Origin: a virus | IMG/VR virus record: IMGVR_UViG_3300020469_000021 | Span: 32,001-96,000 of that record | Strand: one strand, 5' to 3' | Length of the DNA stretch: 64,000 bases | Translations under genes and position numbers: made by a program | Part shown: positions 54,606 to 63,010 of the stretch, piece by piece | Position numbering within the stretch: the first letter of the stretch is position 1 | How the letters are laid out: the number at the start of each line of letters is the position of its first letter | Notes under the pieces: model-generated | Databases searched by the model: none | The model's input: the letters and a program-made list of their open reading frames with translations, nothing else | What the model was told of the DNA's origin: nothing

Positions 54606-54674
54606 GTAAGTCGTTGGAAATGAGATACTTACGCCGCCTTGCGCCGGCTAACCGGCTGATAGTCAACGACTTAT
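54606..54674. repeat. 69-bp tripartite element, copy 11
   Basis: GTAAGTCGTTGGAAATGAGATACTTAC-GCCGCCTTGCGCCGG-CTAACCGGCTGATAGTCAACGACTTAT. Confidence 0.88.
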
Positions 54675-55694
54675 GAAAGAGCCGTTCAGGTTTCGTGCCA
54701 ATTTAGATGACGAGAGGATTGGTCATCTTTGTGTTGCTAGCAAACCAATCGAATGAGTTAATTTCTTGACCGTTTAAAACAGGCTCAAAGTTAACTTGGT
54801 GAACGCCTGCATTTGCAATGCCGTTAACGCGTTCGCGTGTGGTGGGAGTATTCCACCCCGCCAAGCTCCAACGGACTAGCCCGTCAAAGTCGCGTTTTAC
54901 GATGGCGTTACCATGTAGCCAAACGGTTTGCCCGTCTGTCTCGGTGTTGCCGACTTTTTTGGATGTGCCTTGCTCGAAGGCTTCTTTTATTTGTTCTGTT
55001 ACTTTTCTCATGGTATTATTTAAAAAATGGATGATGGCGAACATCACGAAGGCGGATGCCGTGAACGATATTCGTTCTGTACTTGCGAACATTTGCACAA
55101 GCCCCCCAAGTTGGGTGATCGATTGGGTCATCAGTAAGTTGATAGATTTTCTTGCAACGCGTCAGCACAACATCGCCCTTTTTGAATGTGTTAGTGTTTT
55201 TCATATATATAAAGTAGCACGTTAAAGGTTAAAGGTCAAATTATTTTTTGCAGTTATTTATCATTGCCAACCTGTCTTGAGCTTTCCATTCGTCAAGCCA
55301 AGCTTGGTTCTTTGCCAAGAGATCCCGGGCAATGCTGACCATTTCGGCATCGGTATCGTGAGCGATGATCTCCCGAAGGAGTACCATCTCGGCTTTAACT
55401 TTTGAAGTGAGGCTAGCTGATTTATTCATAAGTATAACTTAGCAAAAAAACCCCGAAAAAGCGAGAACAAAAATCGGCATTAGGTGCGTTTGTAGTTCAG
55501 CTAATGGGGTTATTAGTAGCTCTACTACTTACCCCCACCCCGGTTTTTTAAAAAAAAAGATTGACAAATCGCTTGACAATTGGCGGGGGGTGGTTTTCTT
55601 CAATATGAAAACACAAAAGTATACTATAGAATCATGGTGGTCAAAAAAAATCGACGGCCAATTTTCTACAGAACAAACAGCTTGGCGGCTTGCT

Positions 55695-55889
55695 TTATTT
55701 TTTCTTAATTAGTTTTTCCTGAAAATCAAACTCAATAGCCACTCGTACTTTATCTATATCTCTATTTTCTAAGATAAGTTTTGCGGGTGTTTCATTATTA
55801 AGTTTTTTATTTTCAGTTTTCAACCAAACTGTCGCTTCGTAGGGAGGAGCCACTTGTGACAGAGTTTCCATGATCTTAGTTTTAGTCAT
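55695..55889 (-). CDS. Xre/MbcA/ParS antitoxin toxin-binding domain protein
   Basis: A..WLKTENKKLNNETPAKLI......V matches the A..WL..PN..L....P..LL pattern. Confidence 0.6.
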   Translation of the reverse strand: MTKTKIMETLSQVAPPYEATVWLKTENKKLNNETPAKLILENRDIDKVRVAIEFDFQEKLIKKK

Positions 55890-55946
55890 CTATCTTATAT
55901 TATGTTATTTTATGTTTATTTCAATTTATAGTGTACTATTGTTGTA

Positions 55947-56666
55947 GTGATGGCTAAAAAGTCTACCAACAAGCCTGAGATATATATACCTCAGTTACCT
56001 CAAACTATTCACGTCAATTCTTTAAAACTAACAGAGAAACAAAAAAGATTTATTTCTATTGCGTTTAATGAAGATACTAATATAATGTTTATTGCCGGCC
56101 CGGCAGGGTCAACAAAAACTTATATGGCAGTATATGCGGCATTAAGATTATTGAGCGCTAAAGAAGAATTAGATTTACTGTATATAAGAACTGTTATAGA
56201 AAGCGCTGAAAAAGGCCTCGGGGCTTTGCCGGGTGATATTGATGACAAGTTTAATCCTTATATATCTCCTTTAGAAGACAAATTATCTGAAATGCTTCCA
56301 AAAACAAATACTTGCAAAAGAGAGCTTTTAGAAAATGGTAGAATTTCAGCTATGCCAATAAACTATTTAAGAGGCGCAAGCTGGACAGATAAAGTAGTTG
56401 TAGCAGATGAAGCACAAAACTTTACATATAAAGAGCTGACCACATTGCTTACAAGAGTAGGGGAAAATTGTAAGCTTTTTATCTGCGGTGATTTTATGCA
56501 AAGCGACATTAATGGCAAAAGCGGATTTGGCCCAATGTTCGATTTATTTAATGACCCAGAAAGTAAAGACAGAGGAATACATGCTTTTAAATTTGGGAAA
56601 GAAGATATTCTAAGAAGCGAGATATTAAAATTTATTATATCAAAGCTAGAAGGAAAAGCGAGCTAA
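55947..56666 (+). CDS. phoH: PhoH-family protein
   Basis: GPAGSTKT, LG.LPG...K..PY..P, YLRG.S, DEAQN, LLTRVG, GD..QSDI, DILRS. Confidence 0.92.
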   Translation: MMAKKSTNKPEIYIPQLPQTIHVNSLKLTEKQKRFISIAFNEDTNIMFIAGPAGSTKTYMAVYAALRLLSAKEELDLLYIRTVIESAEKGLGALPGDIDDKFNPYISPLEDKLSEMLPKTNTCKRELLENGRISAMPINYLRGASWTDKVVVADEAQNFTYKELTTLLTRVGENCKLFICGDFMQSDINGKSGFGPMFDLFNDPESKDRGIHAFKFGKEDILRSEILKFIISKLEGKAS

Positions 56667-56852
56667 AAATTTATTTATATCTTTTTATTCCCCACCAAAC
56701 ATTCCTAAGCAAATATTTAAGTCTTTTCACTTTTTTCCAATTACCAAGAAGTTTTTGTTGTGAAATTTCTTTTTCCGTAGATCTATATTTGCGAGAAACA
56801 TTTTTACGTTTACTATATTCTAATATCCACCAAGGTTTTCTATCTTTTCTGC

Positions 56853-57272
56853 TCATAGCCAGTGATTATTCATGTTTAAAATACTAATAAATTTCAATTT
56901 CCACACTTGAAAACAAGTTTTTTGAGTTCCTTGCCAATTACAAACGTTTTGAGTATAAAAGAAATCTTCTATGTCTATATCGTTATTTAGGTAGTAAATT
57001 CTGCAATGCGCTTTTAAATTTTCATCCGAAATAGATTTGATCGAGACTATCGGATTATTTTTCATTATTCCCCCAACTATCCTCTGATAATACAATAAAG
57101 AAAATTTTGGGTTTTTTGTCATCTTAACCTTGTCCAAAGGTTTATCTGACTCGTCAACACCAGTCAATAAAAAACAGTCAACAAATTTATCGTGGAAAGA
57201 ATGTAGCTTATCTTCAAATAAAAGGTCAGCCTCTTGGAAGACGTGTTTTTCTATCTCGGCGTTTTCTTGCAT
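56853..57272 (-). CDS. Hypothetical protein
   Basis: ORF with GTGTA motif upstream on - strand; followed by 56671-56856. Confidence 0.5.
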   Translation of the reverse strand: MQENAEIEKHVFQEADLLFEDKLHSFHDKFVDCFLLTGVDESDKPLDKVKMTKNPKFSLLYYQRIVGGIMKNNPIVSIKSISDENLKAHCRIYYLNNDIDIEDFFYTQNVCNWQGTQKTCFQVWKLKFISILNMNNHWL

Positions 57273-57377
57273 TGGATCTCAACATTTTCTTACACCTAGA
57301 AAGATCCTCCTGTAACGAAGAAATTTTTTTTATATATTTTAACTCAAGACTTTTTTTCATATTTATTTACCTATTTA

Positions 57378-57902
57378 TTATTTAATAAAATACCAACTAG
57401 GATATCTATCTTGCCATTTAGTCGTATCTACCCCCGGAATCACTTCGATATTTTTGCCTACAGAATTAGCAAAACTGTCTACAGCTTTAACTGTTTTTGG
57501 CCATGATCTATTGTCGTAGTCGTGTCCAGAAAATATACCACCAATTTTTAACTTTGGGTACCACTCATGAAGAATTGTTCCGTCTTCCTGACCAGTATGA
57601 GCGTATGCATCAATATATATAAAGTCAAAATAAGATTCAGGGAAAAGACACAAGACATCGCTGAAAGAGGATCTCATCACAATGCTTCTCGTTTTGTGTT
57701 TTGCAAGAAGCTTGCAAGCTTTAACGTACTCCGAATCATTATGGTGATCTAACCAGCGGTCTATTGAAAAGAGTCGTTGTACATTATTAGATGCAAGCAG
57801 TGCGTCCGAGAAATGCCCTTGAGCAACACCAAGCTCAACGCCAATTGCGTCTTTTGGAAAAAGTGACGAAAGTCCACGGCGACCAATTTTAGAAAAGTTC
57901 AT
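57378..57902 (-). CDS. Class I SAM-dependent methyltransferase
   Basis: GVELGVAQG, SIDRW, FDFIYIDA.AH, LK.GG...GHDY. Confidence 0.85.
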   Translation of the reverse strand: MNFSKIGRRGLSSLFPKDAIGVELGVAQGHFSDALLASNNVQRLFSIDRWLDHHNDSEYVKACKLLAKHKTRSIVMRSSFSDVLCLFPESYFDFIYIDAYAHTGQEDGTILHEWYPKLKIGGIFSGHDYDNRSWPKTVKAVDSFANSVGKNIEVIPGVDTTKWQDRYPSWYFIK

Positions 57903-57903
57903 T

Positions 57904-58488
57904 TTATTCTTTTAAATAAGTAACCCTAGATCCGAACTCACAAAGAAGTTGATGCTCAACCTCTCCATCATGCTCCTTAGGTTTTCCAAATGATTGTTTT
58001 AACCAATAGTGGTGCTGCGAGCTTTGCTCTTTAGAAAAATGATCGAACCCTAATAACGTAACTTGTTCAATACCAACTTTTTCCAACAACCAACAAGTAG
58101 TTAGAAATCCACTCGAAGGCAAGATCGGGGCTTCGTTTCTTTTTTTTGATTTTACGATGTCTTGGATAATTTTTCTTTTTTCTTGATGGTAATGATATGG
58201 AATCCTAAAAATATCATGATTTTCGATATCTTTTATTCGGGCGCCCTCATGAGTTAATATTACTTTTTTTGGCGGCTCCGTGCCTTGCGGTCTTTCTCCT
58301 CTTCCGAAGGTTGCCCAGAATGTAACTTTTGTTCCAAGGTTTTTTTCAAAACCATTTATTTTAAACCTGTTAAACCTAACGACTTCGTCAAATTGATCTA
58401 TTTCACTTCCAAGCTCGAACATCGCAGATGATGGTCCGTTGCCAATCAATATTACTGATCCATTAATTTTTGGAATAGAATTACTCAT
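57904..58488 (-). CDS. GT29 sialyltransferase-like glycosyltransferase
   Basis: Sialylmotif L (IGNGPS...LG.EID.FDEVVRFN...G.E..LG.K), S (PSSG...V.L.GFD), III (HHYW) and VS (H....E). Confidence 0.8.
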   Translation of the reverse strand: MSNSIPKINGSVILIGNGPSSAMFELGSEIDQFDEVVRFNRFKINGFEKNLGTKVTFWATFGRGERPQGTEPPKKVILTHEGARIKDIENHDIFRIPYHYHQEKRKIIQDIVKSKKRNEAPILPSSGFLTTCWLLEKVGIEQVTLLGFDHFSKEQSSQHHYWLKQSFGKPKEHDGEVEHQLLCEFGSRVTYLKE

Positions 58489-58562
58489 ATAAATATATTA
58501 TATATTGGGGCTATCAAATTCTAAATTACATTTTTTTTGTATTTTGTGTATATAATATTAAC

Positions 58563-58997
58563 ATGGGACCTATATTATACACCGTGATGGGCGCGGGAAT
58601 TAAAATTCTCTGCAATCTTATTAATCATTGGCTGGAGCAAAAAAGGCAAGACCAAATGATGCTTGCCGCAAGAGACAGAGAGCTTACGCTAGCCATTATA
58701 GACAATCAGAAAAATCAAGCAGGAGATTCATTTGTTAAGGTAACAAGAAGAATACTATTTTTATCTATTACTTTAACGCTTTGTTATTTAATGTTGTATT
58801 ATGCTATGAATCCAAATATATCCTATGATGTCATTGTGCCCAAAGGGGATAATGCAAAATGGGGATTTTTCGGATGGGTGTTCGGAGGAACTGACTGGGT
58901 TATAGTAAAATTAACCGGCGGCTTGTTGCTTACATCTTTTATGGATTTATGTTTTATGGTTGTAGGGTTTTATGCTATCCCAAGCAAAAAAAGATAA
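58563..58997 (+). CDS. Membrane protein, possible holin
   Basis: 2-3 hydrophobic segments and basic C-terminus; GTGTA motif upstream. Confidence 0.45.
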   Translation: MGPILYTVMGAGIKILCNLINHWLEQKRQDQMMLAARDRELTLAIIDNQKNQAGDSFVKVTRRILFLSITLTLCYLMLYYAMNPNISYDVIVPKGDNAKWGFFGWVFGGTDWVIVKLTGGLLLTSFMDLCFMVVGFYAIPSKKR

Positions 58998-59001
58998 TTA
59001 A

Positions 59002-59334
59002 ATGAAATACTTAATCAACCTATTTTTATTTGCCGCGATCCTAGCATCCCTAGGAGGCTGTATGTCTATGAATAGGCATGTTGCCCCTCCTAGAATTGAG
59101 CAACCATCTTTAAGGCCTTCTATATCGTTCACAGAGATAGATGCTAACAATGACGGTGACGTCACCCGTAAAGAAATAGAACAATACAACAAAGTAGAAG
59201 GCGCGTCCAATTTAACGTATAATGAACCTACAACTACATTTCTGTATATAATTATTGCAGTTTTTATTTTATGTGGTAGTAGCATGGTCTACGAATTATT
59301 TAAAATTAAAAAGGGAGATAAAAAGAAAGATTAA
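59002..59334 (+). CDS. Lipoprotein with EF-hand and C-terminal TM helix
   Basis: Lipobox LGGC; DANNDGDVTRKE EF-hand loop; FLYIIIAVFIL TM segment followed by Lys tail. Confidence 0.6.
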   Translation: MKYLINLFLFAAILASLGGCMSMNRHVAPPRIEQPSLRPSISFTEIDANNDGDVTRKEIEQYNKVEGASNLTYNEPTTTFLYIIIAVFILCGSSMVYELFKIKKGDKKKD

Positions 59335-59927
59335 TGGAAACATCAACTGCGACAGTAATAGCGGCTGTACTATCCGCAATAACCACGCTCACAGGCATTT
59401 GGTTAAGAAATAAAGTATCTTATAAGAAAAAAAATTGCATAGCTAATCAGGCTCGCATCGGTATAAACGTATATACCGCACTGGAATATATTCAATCAAT
59501 TATGAAATCTGATAGAACTTATGTTTTTGAGTTTCATAATGGCGGCCAATTTTTTTCGGGAAGAGGGCAGCAAAAGTTCAGTTCTACCTATGAACTTGTT
59601 GAGCCCGGCGTTAGCGCTGAGGCCGACAATTCACAAGATTATAAAGTATCAAGATATAGTAAATATCTTCATAATCTTATTAAAGATGGTTATTATCAAA
59701 AATCTATAGATGAAATTACAGATGAAGGCTTTAAATCTTTACTGAGAGATAAGGGGGTAAAATACATATACAATGTCCCTATTACAACGCTTAATGGAAA
59801 AGTCATAGGAATACTAGGAGTAGACTATGTAAAAAATAATTTTGAAGGATGTAAAAATTGCGAAGAAGATGATGTGCATAAATTCATGAGAAGGCAAGCA
59901 AGAATAGTAAGCGGATATCTAGTGTAA
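59334..59927 (+). CDS. N-terminal TM plus GAF-like domain protein
   Basis: TM ~6-24; DRTYVFEFHNG...YE.V.PGV...NVPI...GKVIGILGVDY. Confidence 0.7.
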   Translation: METSTATVIAAVLSAITTLTGIWLRNKVSYKKKNCIANQARIGINVYTALEYIQSIMKSDRTYVFEFHNGGQFFSGRGQQKFSSTYELVEPGVSAEADNSQDYKVSRYSKYLHNLIKDGYYQKSIDEITDEGFKSLLRDKGVKYIYNVPITTLNGKVIGILGVDYVKNNFEGCKNCEEDDVHKFMRRQARIVSGYLV

Positions 59928-59966
59928 TTTATTTGAAATTTAATTAAAAAGAATTAAAATAAATAA

Positions 59967-60317
59967 ATGAATAAATTCTGCACAGAATGTGGCTCTAAAA
60001 TTGAGTTTTCCGCTAATGAACCTCCAAAGTTTTGCTCGTCTTGTGGCGCTCCACTAAACGGAGCCTTAAGAGCATCTACAATTACTGAAGAAGTTGAGCA
60101 AGAGGAAATTACAGAAAGTACAAAAATAAGGATACCCAGAAACTTAAAAATTGAATATGAAGTTTCCTATGCCGAGGGGCCTAAGCCAATGAATCAAGTA
60201 ATGAAAGAACAGAAGCTAGGGCTTGGCAAAATCCAAAGAAACAAAGTCGAAGGCGACCCTCTAGAGAGAGCCATGAAAGAATGCAGGCCAGCTAGAGGAA
60301 CCATCGACCTTGGATAA
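59967..60317 (+). CDS. Zinc-ribbon protein
   Basis: FCTECG...FCSSCG. Confidence 0.7.
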   Translation: MNKFCTECGSKIEFSANEPPKFCSSCGAPLNGALRASTITEEVEQEEITESTKIRIPRNLKIEYEVSYAEGPKPMNQVMKEQKLGLGKIQRNKVEGDPLERAMKECRPARGTIDLG

Positions 60318-61029
60318 AAAAAAGAAAAGAAAAGTTTCCTACGAGGAAATGTTTCCTGCTATTGATCAAGAGATCAAAAAAAGAAGGGGAAAATGGTCTT
60401 TAAACTCTTTGGCTTGGGTGGACTATGACGACGTGTCTCAAATAATTAGAACGCATATATATAATAAATGGGATCAGTGGGATCAAGAAAGACCTCTTCT
60501 TCCTTGGATAAATAAGATTATCACAAATCAACTTAAAAACATTCTGCGGAATTATTATAGTAATTTTGTGCGACCATGCCTAAGCTGCCCTTTTAATCAA
60601 GCAGGACCAAGCAAAGCGGAGCAAGTTGATAGCTTGTGCGGCTTCACGACCAGTGGGCTCCAAGACTCTGAATGCCCTCTGTTTGCAAAATGGGAAAAAA
60701 CTAAAAAATATGCATATGACATAAAAATGCCTGTTGCTTTAGAACATCACTCTCATGAAGCGCATCACATAGAGGAAAGCTTTTACGATATGGACACTGC
60801 TAGAGGAAGACTTAATCGAGCGATTAAAGAAGTTCTTTCCGATAGGCAATATTTAGTTTACGAACTTCTTTTTGTGCAAAATAAAAGCGAAGAGGAAGTT
60901 GCAAAAGTACTAGGATTCAAAACTAGCGAAAAAGGCAGAAAAGCAGGTTACAAACAAATAAAAAACCTTAAAAAAATGTTCGCCAAAAAAGCTGAGCATA
61001 TATTAAAAACGCAGGATATAATCTTATGA
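60310..61029 (+). CDS. Phage sigma-70-family factor (probable late sigma)
   Basis: Region 2-like DDVSQII...W..WD..RPL.PWI..I..NQ.KN..R; Cys insertion; region 4 LSDRQ..V..L......SEEEVAK.LG. Confidence 0.7.
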   Translation: MDKKKKRKVSYEEMFPAIDQEIKKRRGKWSLNSLAWVDYDDVSQIIRTHIYNKWDQWDQERPLLPWINKIITNQLKNILRNYYSNFVRPCLSCPFNQAGPSKAEQVDSLCGFTTSGLQDSECPLFAKWEKTKKYAYDIKMPVALEHHSHEAHHIEESFYDMDTARGRLNRAIKEVLSDRQYLVYELLFVQNKSEEEVAKVLGFKTSEKGRKAGYKQIKNLKKMFAKKAEHILKTQDIIL

Positions 61030-62072
61030 GCGACTTATCAGAAGAGCAAAAAAAGTTTATAAGGGAAAATGTTCAAAAATACCCCAATCTCACTGATATG
61101 ACTAGAAATGTTTTTGACGACCCTTTTCTAGATGGCAGAACAAAAGAAGGAAGAGCTGTCAGGCAGTTCATGGCGCAAGAGGGCATTGAATATAAAACAA
61201 GCAAGGTAGACCTAGTCAAAGACATTGAGCTTTCCAAAGATGACAAAAGAATAATTGACACTTATTCAGAAGAAGGCTTGAATTCCTATCAAATTGCAAC
61301 AATGCTTTTTCCTGATAGAGAAATAACTCCCTTAAGTAAACCTACTTTAGTTGTTCAAAAATATGTAAAAGAAGCCAATAAACACAGGCTTAGTGACGCA
61401 GAAAAAAGCAAAAAATATATTCCTGAAAAAGCTTTCGATGGAGTTTTAAATAAAATTAATATTTGCGCCGGAAATTCTCTAGAAAAAGAACAAATTAATA
61501 TGAACCAAAGGCTTTGTATAGAGCAATTAATGAATTACTTGCAATCTCCTAGGTTTGTTCAGGTGGTTAGTGGATACTCAAACGATTTAGACCGAGAACT
61601 GTTTGAGTCAGAATTTATTAGAGCGACATGGGATAAGCCAGATCTCACAACAGACGAAATCAACTTATATATAAACGTATGCATGGAATATATTAATATT
61701 AAACATATTTCTAAAGCTATGGATAAATTGAATGCTATGTTTGACAATGCTGAAACGCAGCAAGAGATGACTGTAAGATTAGCAGAACTTTTAAAAACAA
61801 AAAGCGAAGAATATAATCAATGCGAAAAAAGAATGGAGTCATTGATTCAAAAATTACAAGGAGATAGATCAAAAAGAGTTTTGGATAAACAAAAACAAAA
61901 CGCAAGCCTATTAAATCTAGTAGCAATTTTTCAGTCCGAAGAAGAAAGAAAAATTATGATAAAAATTGCAGAGTTGCAACGCAAAGCTGTAGAAGAAGAA
62001 GTCGAAGAACTTGAAAAAATGCCCGAATGGAAAGCTAGAGTATTAGGAATAAATAAAAACGATGCAATCTAA
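61026..62072 (+). CDS. Coiled-coil protein, possible terminase small subunit
   Basis: HTH-like N-half, helical C-half; position upstream of terL (inference). Confidence 0.35.
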   Translation: MSDLSEEQKKFIRENVQKYPNLTDMTRNVFDDPFLDGRTKEGRAVRQFMAQEGIEYKTSKVDLVKDIELSKDDKRIIDTYSEEGLNSYQIATMLFPDREITPLSKPTLVVQKYVKEANKHRLSDAEKSKKYIPEKAFDGVLNKINICAGNSLEKEQINMNQRLCIEQLMNYLQSPRFVQVVSGYSNDLDRELFESEFIRATWDKPDLTTDEINLYINVCMEYINIKHISKAMDKLNAMFDNAETQQEMTVRLAELLKTKSEEYNQCEKRMESLIQKLQGDRSKRVLDKQKQNASLLNLVAIFQSEEERKIMIKIAELQRKAVEEEVEELEKMPEWKARVLGINKNDAI

Positions 62073-63010
62073 TGAAATTTCAATGCAAAATTTGCAAGGA
62101 AGAATTCGATTCCGAAGAAGCTCTTATAAAGCACATCAAGGTGCATTCTGTAACCCTAGCAGAATACTATACGACTTTTCACCCAAGATATAATTTACTT
62201 ACCGGAGAACGGTTGCCATACAAAAACAAAAAAGACTATTTTTCTAAAGATTTTACCACCAGAACTCAACTTAAAAAATGGTGCCAGACAAATCTTCAAG
62301 AAACAGTAAAATCTTACATATTGAAACTCCTTAGAGCTAGAGTAGAAGAAAAAAACTTATCTCACGGCCCAAGCCACCTAGAACTACAATTGAGAATGTT
62401 GCCAGAAATAGAAGAGTATCAAAAACACTATGGAAGCTTTACCCGGGTTTGTGAATTAGTTAATGTAAAACCGTTATTCTGCAATAGACTTCCTAATGAC
62501 TTTTTTGAGGTAAACGTCCCGAAAAAAATGGAAATTATCGTAGATACCAGAGAAAAACAACCACTGAACTTCAATTGTTTTGTCAAAAAAAAATTAGACA
62601 TCGGAGACTACGCTTTAACTGATGAAAATACACTGACATTTGTTGATAGAAAAAGCGAAAGCGATTTCAAAAGCACTTTTACGGTAAAAAAGAATTTAGA
62701 TAGATTTAAAAAAGAAATCAATCGAGCAGTAGAGTTAAATGGATACTTGTTTATCGTCATAGAAAGTAGTATTCAGGACATTTACAAAAACAACAACCAA
62801 CGATGGCAGCACAAAAGCAATCTCGATTATCTTTGGCATAATATTATAGATATTGGGCACGAGTTTGCAGGTCGCTGCCAATTTGTTTTTTCTGGTAGCA
62901 GAGAAAACTCAGAAGATTTAATTCCAAGAATTCTTTACTATCAAGATAGAATATGGACTGTTGACTTACAACATTATATGGATAGCTGGATAAAAAGGAG
63001 GAAAAAATGA
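62072..63010 (+). CDS. C2H2 zinc finger plus ERCC4-domain nuclease
   Basis: CKIC...HIKVH; IVDTREK.P, LDIGDY, VDRKS..DF, IVIE. Confidence 0.8.
   Translation: MKFQCKICKEEFDSEEALIKHIKVHSVTLAEYYTTFHPRYNLLTGERLPYKNKKDYFSKDFTTRTQLKKWCQTNLQETVKSYILKLLRARVEEKNLSHGPSHLELQLRMLPEIEEYQKHYGSFTRVCELVNVKPLFCNRLPNDFFEVNVPKKMEIIVDTREKQPLNFNCFVKKKLDIGDYALTDENTLTFVDRKSESDFKSTFTVKKNLDRFKKEINRAVELNGYLFIVIESSIQDIYKNNNQRWQHKSNLDYLWHNIIDIGHEFAGRCQFVFSGSRENSEDLIPRILYYQDRIWTVDLQHYMDSWIKRRKK

Larger units (their letters stand above)
52200..55429 (-). other. - strand block of about 12 small early genes
   Basis: ORFs 52200-52457, 52635-52895, 52965-53156, 53200-53397, 53828-54004, 54006-54263, 54317-54502, 54703-55011, 55016-55204, 55241-55429; TTGnnn-17-TACTTT-type promoters on - strand. 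Confidence 0.7.

Noticed and set aside
43312-54674. 69-bp repeats as a CRISPR or TIGR-type guide array
   Set aside because: Copies are 0.4-1.8 kb apart with whole genes between them, are degenerate, and no cas or tas gene is visible.
43312-54674. Repeats as classical integron attC sites
   Set aside because: No RYYYAAC/GTTRRRY ends, fixed tripartite length, cassettes carry their own promoters, and no integrase is in the window.
43312-54674. Repeats as intrinsic terminators
   Set aside because: No consistent U-tract follows a hairpin, many arms pair poorly, and copy 4 lies downstream of a real terminator.
53736-54701. TTGGCACG motifs as sigma-54 promoters
   Set aside because: The -12 position reads TGA instead of the required TGC, and both motifs point into the element rather than toward a gene.
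13000-55400. Stop-codon recoding as the cause of the many short ORFs
   Set aside because: Long conserved genes are intact in code 11, all three stops are used, and the short ORFs have their own promoters or coupled starts.
1133-61926. Antisense and alternate-frame ORFs inside recognised genes (e.g. 1753-2010, 20435-20722, 36145-36624, 54248-54676, 54818-55225)
   Set aside because: Shadow ORFs of well-supported genes, with no motifs or promoters.
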